This document shows, one piece after another, positions 58,226 to 64,000 of a stretch of 64,000 bases of DNA. The DNA comes from an uncultured Ferrovum sp. (GTDB lineage: Bacteria > Pseudomonadota > Gammaproteobacteria > Burkholderiales > Ferrovaceae): the NCBI GenBank assembly GCA_903867885.1, contig CAIPTD010000153.1, positions 17,269-81,268 on the forward strand, written 5' to 3'. Below the pieces are notes generated by a model, which saw only the letters and a list, made by a program, of their open reading frames with translations, was not told where the DNA came from and searched no databases. The stretch's first letter is position 1. Each line of letters opens with the position of its first letter. A program made the position numbers and the translations under genes.

Positions 58226-58836
58226 TCAATGGCTTAAATGAAGATCAGAGCGCTGCACTGCAGGAGTTAGCTAATATTGGTATGGGCCAGGCAGGGAATT
58301 CTTTGGCCCTTATCTGGAAGGAGTTTGTTCACTTATCAATCCCTAGAATAGCGATGGTCGATGCTTCTCGTCTGCCAGATTTAATTCTGAGTTTTGTGGG
58401 CGATACGGCGGTAAGCGCTTCTCGTCAAGCCTTTCATGGCGGTTTTAGAGGCGAAGTGCTGGTTGTAGTGACAGCCAGGGATCGCAATGGTCTTGCGCAG
58501 TTGATGGGCTACGAAGGTCAGCTCGATGCCGCAGAGCGTGAAGAGGTATTGCTGGATATCGTTAATATTTTGGGTGGCGCTTGCGTGGGTGGGATTGCGC
58601 AACAAGTAAGCGCAGAGATCGGCTTTAGCGCTCCATCATTAATCGGTGAAGATCTTGATCCGCTTGATGTGATCAACCCAGAGCAGTTAGCTATTGATAC
58701 CGCCCTAAGTTTGGAGGTGTGTTTTCAGGTAGAAAATAGAAGCTTAACCGCACACTTGGTTATTTTGTTACCGAATAACGAGGTTGGGGCTTTAGCAGAC
58801 CTGCTTGATCAATTCCTTTGCACGCTTGAAGCCTGA
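58222..58836 (+). CDS. CheC-like (CheC/CheX/FliY family) putative CheY-P phosphatase
   Basis: 204 aa with two motifs spaced exactly as the family signature: E15-LA-N18-x22-P41 (ELANIGMGQAGN...SIP) and D-IV-N-x22-P (DIVNILGGACVGG...SAP). Confidence 0.7.
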   Translation: MINGLNEDQSAALQELANIGMGQAGNSLALIWKEFVHLSIPRIAMVDASRLPDLILSFVGDTAVSASRQAFHGGFRGEVLVVVTARDRNGLAQLMGYEGQLDAAEREEVLLDIVNILGGACVGGIAQQVSAEIGFSAPSLIGEDLDPLDVINPEQLAIDTALSLEVCFQVENRSLTAHLVILLPNNEVGALADLLDQFLCTLEA

Positions 58837-58846
58837 GTTTTTCTGA

Positions 58847-60178
58847 ATGAACGATGAGTACAACACAATTCTTGCAGACTTTATCGTTGAGCGATTGGAG
58901 TTAGGGGTTTTTGCTGTAGATGCGCAGTTTAACATTGTGTTGTGGAATCGATTTATGCATACCCACAGCGGTAAAAGTGCGCAAAGCCTAAAGGGGTCTA
59001 ATCTTTTTACGACCTTTCCTGAGCTCCCTGAGTCGTGGTTAAAGCGCAAGATAGAAAGCGTGTTTGCGTTGGGTAATTATGCGTTTACCTCATGGGAACA
59101 GCGGGCCTATCTTTTTCGCTTTAAGCACAATCGGCCTATTACGGGTGGTGTGGAGGCGATGTTACAAAACTGCACTTTTCTGCCTTTGAAAGACGAAAAG
59201 GGAAAAGTAGAGTTTGTGGTGATCACCTTGCAGGATTGCACGGATAATGCGTTGATACAGCAGCGGCTGGCTGAAGCAATCACCATTTCTGACGAAGAGC
59301 GTCGCAAACAACAAGAATTAATCGTTAAGTTAGAAGACGCAAAAAACCAACTTTTTCAATCAGAAAAGCTTGCCTCAATCGGACAATTGGCAGCGGGGGT
59401 AGCGCATGAAATTAATAACCCCATTGGTTTTGTTAACTCCAACCTAGGCACCCTTGAGCGCAACGTTACTGATTTAATGAAATTGATGGCGGTGTTTGAA
59501 AGCAAAGAAGCTGAGCTGCCTGAAGCTGCGCAACAAGAACTCAGCAAAATTAAAAAAGATATTGATTTTGAATATGTAAAAGAAGATTTGGCTGCCCTCA
59601 TTAATGAAAGCAAAGAAGGCCTGGGTCATGTTCGTCGCATCGTAGCCGATCTAAAAGACTTTTCGAGGGTAGATCAAAGCGGTTGGCAAATAGCAGATCT
59701 AGAAAAATGCATTGATACCACGCTAAACGTTGTATCCAACGAGATTCGTTACAAAGCAACGGTAGTGAAAGAATATGGCCATCCTCCCCTCGTTGAATGT
59801 GTTCCCGGACAAATTAATCAGGTATTGATGAATTTAGTGGTGAATGCATCCCAGGCTTTTCCTGAGCGCGGGCAAATTACGCTGCGCACCGGCGAGGAAG
59901 GGATGTATGTTTGGATTGAGGTGCAGGATGATGGAGTGGGTATCCCCTCTGAAAACTTGCAACGTATTTTTGAGCCTTTTTTTACCACCAAGCCTGTTGG
60001 TACGGGCACGGGGCTGGGTTTATCCGTTTGCTACAATATTGTGCGTAAACATGAAGGTGAGTTAACTGTTCGTAGTGAAGTGGGCAAGGGAAGTTGTTTC
60101 CGCATCTTGTTACCTATTTTTCATGGCAAGATGGGCGAATCTGAAGAATTGGAGGCCGCTCACAGCGTGCCGCAATAA
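58847..60178 (+). CDS. Cytoplasmic PAS-domain sensor histidine kinase
   Basis: 443 aa; no TM segment; N-terminal PAS (GVFAVDAQFNIVLWNRF); H-box AAGVAHEINNPIGF; N box NLVVNASQA; G1 DDGVGIP; G2 GTGTGLGLS. Confidence 0.9.
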   Translation: MNDEYNTILADFIVERLELGVFAVDAQFNIVLWNRFMHTHSGKSAQSLKGSNLFTTFPELPESWLKRKIESVFALGNYAFTSWEQRAYLFRFKHNRPITGGVEAMLQNCTFLPLKDEKGKVEFVVITLQDCTDNALIQQRLAEAITISDEERRKQQELIVKLEDAKNQLFQSEKLASIGQLAAGVAHEINNPIGFVNSNLGTLERNVTDLMKLMAVFESKEAELPEAAQQELSKIKKDIDFEYVKEDLAALINESKEGLGHVRRIVADLKDFSRVDQSGWQIADLEKCIDTTLNVVSNEIRYKATVVKEYGHPPLVECVPGQINQVLMNLVVNASQAFPERGQITLRTGEEGMYVWIEVQDDGVGIPSENLQRIFEPFFTTKPVGTGTGLGLSVCYNIVRKHEGELTVRSEVGKGSCFRILLPIFHGKMGESEELEAAHSVPQ

Positions 60179-60186
60179 AATAAGCC

Positions 60187-61074
60187 ATGAATGCTGAAGA
60201 CATCACCTCGGGGGAAACGTTACTGCAAGCCGCAGCAGGTGGCACTTTATTGGTGGTGGACGATGACGAAAATATTATTTCTGCCTTAAAGCGTTTGCTG
60301 CGCCGAGATGGATACCGCGTACTCACGGCAACCAGCGGCAAACAAGGCTTAGAGATATTGCTTCGCGATATGGTCGATGTGGTGATCTCAGATCAACGCA
60401 TGCCAGAAATGACTGGCGTAGAGTTTCTGCGACAAGCCAAATCCATTTGTCCCGATACCGTTAGAATTGTGCTTTCAGGCTATACCGAGCTTGCCTCGGT
60501 GACAGATGCAATCAATGAAGGTGCGATTTATAAGTTCCTGACCAAGCCTTGGGATGATGGGCTGCTGCGTGCCAGCATTCATGAGGCTTTCCAACGCAAA
60601 TTACTGAATGACGAAAATCGACGGCTCACGCAACAACTGAGTTTGGCCAAGGACCAACTTCAACGACAAAATGAACGCTTACAGGCGGCCCTTGCAGATC
60701 AGAAAATGGCAATGCTCCTGGGGGAAAAAGTATTACGACTCGCCAAAGATGGTTTGGATCAATTGCCTATACCTGTAATAGGGATAGATACAGGATCGCG
60801 CGTCGCTTTTGTCAATTTTGCGGCCATGGAAGTCGCCCCTGAAAATACTTGGAAAATCGGGGAATTGGCCCAGTTGGGATTACCCACTATTGTGTCTGAG
60901 TGCGTTCGAATCGCGCCTGTTCAATTTACTATTCCTGAACTTTTTGGCAAGGGTTGGATATTGGATGCGCGCCCCTTAGGAACCCGCGACTCCCCCCGGG
61001 GTACGCTTGTTACCCTCATCCCTGTGTCGCCCACCGCTCAAGTAGGGATCACTGCGACAACTCCGACAGTTTAA
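60187..61074 (+). CDS. Response regulator: REC, coiled coil and a PAS-like C-terminal domain, with no recognisable enzymatic or DNA-binding output
   Basis: REC ([28 protein letters not shown]); coiled coil ([25 protein letters not shown]); C-terminal [27 protein letters not shown] resembles a PAS N-cap and core. Confidence 0.75.
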   Translation: MNAEDITSGETLLQAAAGGTLLVVDDDENIISALKRLLRRDGYRVLTATSGKQGLEILLRDMVDVVISDQRMPEMTGVEFLRQAKSICPDTVRIVLSGYTELASVTDAINEGAIYKFLTKPWDDGLLRASIHEAFQRKLLNDENRRLTQQLSLAKDQLQRQNERLQAALADQKMAMLLGEKVLRLAKDGLDQLPIPVIGIDTGSRVAFVNFAAMEVAPENTWKIGELAQLGLPTIVSECVRIAPVQFTIPELFGKGWILDARPLGTRDSPRGTLVTLIPVSPTAQVGITATTPTV

Positions 61075-61766
61075 GTCACGCTGGACCTCAGCGCAGGGTC
61101 AGAAATCCCCAACTGCTTGAATCCCTTTTGTCTTAATTGACATGCATCACAAGAGCCGCACGGAAGACCAGAAGCGCTGGGGTCATAACAACTGATGGTG
61201 AGGCTATAGTCCACCCCAAGCCGCAGTCCTTCCTGAATGATTTCTGCTTTGGACATGGCAATCAAGGGGGTATGAATTTTCAGCGGCTTCACACCCTCAA
61301 CGCCTGCACGTGTGGCGAGATTCGCCATCTGCTCATAAGCAGCAATGTAGTCCGGCCTACAGTCAGGGTATCCAGAATAATCTAGTGCATTCACACCAAT
61401 AAAGATGTCGGTGGAGTCAAGAACTTCGGCCCAGGCCAAAGCAAAGCTTAAAAACACCGTATTACGTGCAGGCACATAAGTAACGGGAATGCCGGTGCCT
61501 AAGTCAGCAGGTAGGCGATCTTTGGGCACATCAATATCTGCAGTGAGTGCGGACCCACCAAAGGTGCGCAAATCAATGTCCACTACTACATGCCGGGCCG
61601 CCCCCATTTTGAGTGCGATTTTCTCAGCGCAGAGTAATTCGTGGGCATGACGTTGACCATAACGGAAACTCATACAATAGGTATCAAACCCCGCCTCATG
61701 AGCCATCGCCATCGTGGTGGAGGAATCTAAACCCCCGCTCAGCAAAACAACGGCACGTGCTTTCAT
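61071..61766 (-). CDS. queC: 7-cyano-7-deazaguanine synthase
   Basis: PP-loop [12 protein letters not shown]; C-terminal zinc Cys cluster (CYDP...CGSCDAC). Start set at ATG 61766 (MKARAVVLL); the ORF-track start adds 18 hydrophobic residues. Confidence 0.92.
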   Translation of the reverse strand: MKARAVVLLSGGLDSSTTMAMAHEAGFDTYCMSFRYGQRHAHELLCAEKIALKMGAARHVVVDIDLRTFGGSALTADIDVPKDRLPADLGTGIPVTYVPARNTVFLSFALAWAEVLDSTDIFIGVNALDYSGYPDCRPDYIAAYEQMANLATRAGVEGVKPLKIHTPLIAMSKAEIIQEGLRLGVDYSLTISCYDPSASGLPCGSCDACQLRQKGFKQLGISDPALRSSVT

Positions 61767-61876
61767 CCTGCAAACTCCCAACAAGAATCGTAAACCTATC
61801 ATTATCCACCAAAGCAACAATCATCCGGGGCAGAGAGGCGTTACAATCCAGAATGAAGATGACGAAGGGGAACACC

Positions 61877-62248
61877 ATGCAAGAACTGCACTATACCGAA
61901 GACCATTCTTGGCTTAGAGAGGAAGGGGATGGTTTCATTACTATTGGAATTACGGATCATGCACAGGAACAATTGGGTGACGTGGTTTTTGTCCAATTGC
62001 CGGAAACGGGCCACCTTTTTTCAATTGGGGATGAGGTCGTAGTGATTGAATCTGTTAAAGCGGCGGGAGACATTCGGATGCCGGTGAATGGGCGTATTGA
62101 GGTCGTTAATCATGCTTTGGTAGATGAGCCAGGTTTAGTCAATACCCTGCCAGAAGCAGAACGATGGTTTCTTAAAATTAAAGCAGACCAACCTGCTCTC
62201 CCTGAAAAGCTGATGGATGCACAAAGCTATTTAGCTCATCTGGGTTGA
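61877..62248 (+). CDS. gcvH: Glycine cleavage system H protein homologue (stand-alone)
   Basis: 123 aa from ATG 61877. Strong similarity to GcvH (YTEDHSWLR...ITIGITDHAQEQLGDVVFVQLPE...) with lipoyl-lysine motif IESVKAAGD. The longer ORF-track frame upstream overlaps queC and is spurious. Confidence 0.88.
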   Translation: MQELHYTEDHSWLREEGDGFITIGITDHAQEQLGDVVFVQLPETGHLFSIGDEVVVIESVKAAGDIRMPVNGRIEVVNHALVDEPGLVNTLPEAERWFLKIKADQPALPEKLMDAQSYLAHLG

Positions 62249-63795
62249 TACAAAAAGTCACGACTAAAATCTTGAGGCCTCTCTCAAAATCTAAGCTCAT
62301 GGCATTTCGCCAATGCCCACGAAGACTTTGGCTTGAGGTACATCAACCTGATCTGAAAGAGGACTCTCCTGCCACTGAAGCCAAATTTGCAGTGGGAGAT
62401 TTGGTTGGGGAGCTGGCTAGACTACTCTATGACCCCGAGGAAAATGGCGTACTGGTTAAAGTGATGGAAGAAGGCCCTGATGCGGGTGTGGAGCGTACCC
62501 AAGTTTTACTGGATAAGCGGGTCCCCATTTTTGAAGCGGGCTTTGAAAGTGCCGGAGCACGGGCGTTTATTGATATTCTTCGCCCAGCAAAAAAATCGGG
62601 GCAGCGGTGTTGGGAATTAATAGAAGTGAAGTCCTCTACCAGCCTGAAAGGGAACCACCGAGACGATGTGGCAATTCAGGCTTACGTTGCTCACCAAGCC
62701 CAAGTCAATCTGAGCGCGGTAAAGGTAGCCCATATCGATACTAGTTTTATCTATAAGGGACAAGATCAGTATGACGGTCTTCTTAGGGAGGTAGATTTAA
62801 CCCAGGAAGCCCTGAGCCGATTTGACGAAGTCACAGACTGGGTCAGTGATGCACAAGAGATTGCAACCTCCGAAGATATGCCCACTATCCTGACTGGTAT
62901 GCAGTGCCGTAGCCCGCATCCATGCGGTTTTCTTAAGTTTTGCCGAACGCAAGAGAACCCTGTGGCTTATCCGGTAGATCTCTTGCCTCGCGTGCAAGGA
63001 GAATTGCGGCGCTGGATGCAAGCGCATCAAACGCGGGAATTAAGTGAGGTGCCAGATGAAAAACTGTCCCCTCTTCAACAGCGCGTAAAAAACTGCACGC
63101 TATCCAATACTCTTTATTTTGATCCGGAGGGCGCGCAAAATGATATCAACGCTGCTCCGCTTCCGCATTGTTTTCTGGACTTTGAAGCTGTTCAACTTGC
63201 CGTTCCCATTTGGCCGGGCACACATCCCTATCAAATGTTTCCATTTCAATTTAGCCTTCATGTTCGCCGTCAAGATGGGGAACTTGATCACCATGAATTC
63301 ATGGATCTCTCTGGTAATGAGCCCTCGCGGGCATTTGCAGAGGCTTTGGTTGCGGCTTGCCCAGAACAAGGGGCTATATTTGTATGGAATGCGAGCTTTG
63401 AATTAACCCGCCTTGCGGTATTGGCTCAGCAATATGGGGATTTACGTAAAGCCCTAAGCCAGATTCAGGATCGTATTGTTGATTTACTCAAAATTGTAGA
63501 AAAACGCTATTACCATCCAGGTCAAAGGGGAAGTTGGAAGCTAAAACGGGTGCTGCCAACCCTGTCTTCAGACCTAAACCATGCGCACTTAGATGGAGTG
63601 AAAGATGGATATATGGCTGTGCTAGCCTATGTTGAAGCGATTCAACCTGAAACCTCACCCCAAAGACGGGCCCAGATACAACAAGAACTATTTACTTACT
63701 GCAGGCTCGATAGCCTTGCACTCGTGACCATATTCAATGCTATGGTTGGCACTATTAAAACCGAAACTTCCGATATCTCCCCATGCCATGTCTAA
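62245..63795 (+). CDS. Cas4/RecB-like PD-(D/E)xK nuclease fused to a DEDD-type exonuclease-like domain (DUF2779-like)
   Basis: 516 aa. N-terminal half has C24, D109, E127-V-K129, QAY, and C221-x5-C227-x5-C233 (a Cas4-like 4-Cys arrangement). C-terminal half has LDFE (D312/E314), WNASFE and YCRLD, resembling exo motifs I-III. TTG start overlaps the gcvH stop; ATG 62299 is the alternative. Confidence 0.7.
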   Translation: MIQKVTTKILRPLSKSKLMAFRQCPRRLWLEVHQPDLKEDSPATEAKFAVGDLVGELARLLYDPEENGVLVKVMEEGPDAGVERTQVLLDKRVPIFEAGFESAGARAFIDILRPAKKSGQRCWELIEVKSSTSLKGNHRDDVAIQAYVAHQAQVNLSAVKVAHIDTSFIYKGQDQYDGLLREVDLTQEALSRFDEVTDWVSDAQEIATSEDMPTILTGMQCRSPHPCGFLKFCRTQENPVAYPVDLLPRVQGELRRWMQAHQTRELSEVPDEKLSPLQQRVKNCTLSNTLYFDPEGAQNDINAAPLPHCFLDFEAVQLAVPIWPGTHPYQMFPFQFSLHVRRQDGELDHHEFMDLSGNEPSRAFAEALVAACPEQGAIFVWNASFELTRLAVLAQQYGDLRKALSQIQDRIVDLLKIVEKRYYHPGQRGSWKLKRVLPTLSSDLNHAHLDGVKDGYMAVLAYVEAIQPETSPQRRAQIQQELFTYCRLDSLALVTIFNAMVGTIKTETSDISPCHV

Positions 63796-64000
63796 ACCAG
63801 AATCCTTAAATAACGATCAACTGATCAGCCAGTTGCAACGTGAACTGGAGACCTTAAAAGACGGTCATCGTGCCGCTCGAGACGCGCTTGAAGTTGCGCA
63901 TAACGAACGTGCTGCTGCGCTTTTAGAGTTAACGCATTCGTTTGATGCCGAGATTGTGCATCTTAAAGAGACCGTTCAGGCCTTGAGAGAAGCCCTTGAA
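63788..64000 (+). CDS. Partial ORF, predicted coiled-coil protein (N-terminal 71 aa; continues beyond window)
   Basis: ATG 63788 overlaps the upstream stop by 8 nt. My hand translation is open to the window end: MSKPESLNNDQLISQLQRELETLKDGHRAARDALEVAHNERAAALLELTHSFDAEIVHLKETVQALREALE. Heptad-like and charged; no family recognised. Not in the supplied ORF track, presumably because no stop codon lies within the window. Confidence 0.4.
   Translation, partial: MSKPESLNNDQLISQLQRELETLKDGHRAARDALEVAHNERAAALLELTHSFDAEIVHLKETVQALREALE

Noticed and set aside
61802-61810. Isolated DnaA-box-like 9-mers: TTATCCACC in the queC-gcvH spacer (61802-61810) and TTGTCCACA (12937-12945).
   Set aside because: Single one-mismatch boxes are expected by chance a dozen or more times in 64 kb on two strands. 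There is no clustering and no adjacent AT-rich unwinding tract.
61767-61876. Possible preQ1 riboswitch upstream of queC.
   Set aside because: Read on the minus strand, the 110-nt leader lacks the short hairpin plus the A-rich tail (..CCCUC..UAAAAAACUA..) of preQ1-I, and nothing resembling preQ1-II or -III was visible. The region more likely holds divergent promoters.

Overview
Origin-proximal, very gene-dense chromosomal segment: 56 CDS called. By eye I found no rRNA, tRNA, IS/transposase, integrase or CRISPR. GC looks moderately low (not computed), and the synteny is betaproteobacterial/pseudomonad-like; exact taxon cannot be set without a database search. Layout: hemB, then mrcA plus a small unknown ORF, divergent from aroK-aroB-gltBD-hemE-priA-argS-SPOR-dsbA. 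Next come 22 consecutive minus-strand genes (glmU, atpCDGAHFEBI, parBA, rsmG, mnmG, bioDFA, mnmE, yidC, yidD, rnpA, rpmH), divergent from dnaA-dnaN-gyrB. After that: a DUF2252 kinase-like ORF, topA-smg-dprA, and def-fmt-rsmB-DUF4390-ntrYX. Start/stop overlaps are frequent, and three convergent gene pairs share or overlap stop codons. Supported non-coding features are a near-consensus parS (31081-31096), a perfect DnaA box over the dnaA promoter -35, a DnaA-box-like cluster with an AT-rich tract in the dnaA-dnaN spacer, an atp operon promoter and an atp terminator. Two non-housekeeping regions at the right end are the best candidates for something undescribed. One is a five-gene cytoplasmic phosphorelay operon (56446-61074): REC-HD-GYP, CheY-like, CheC-type phosphatase, PAS kinase, REC-PAS-like, with no chemotaxis, flagellar or pilus genes nearby. 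The other is a tightly stacked (possibly translationally coupled) string (61877-64000, cut by the window edge): stand-alone GcvH, a Cas4-like/DEDD-exonuclease fusion (DUF2779-like) and a coiled-coil ORF. All family assignments rest on motifs read from the translations and need HMM/BLAST confirmation.
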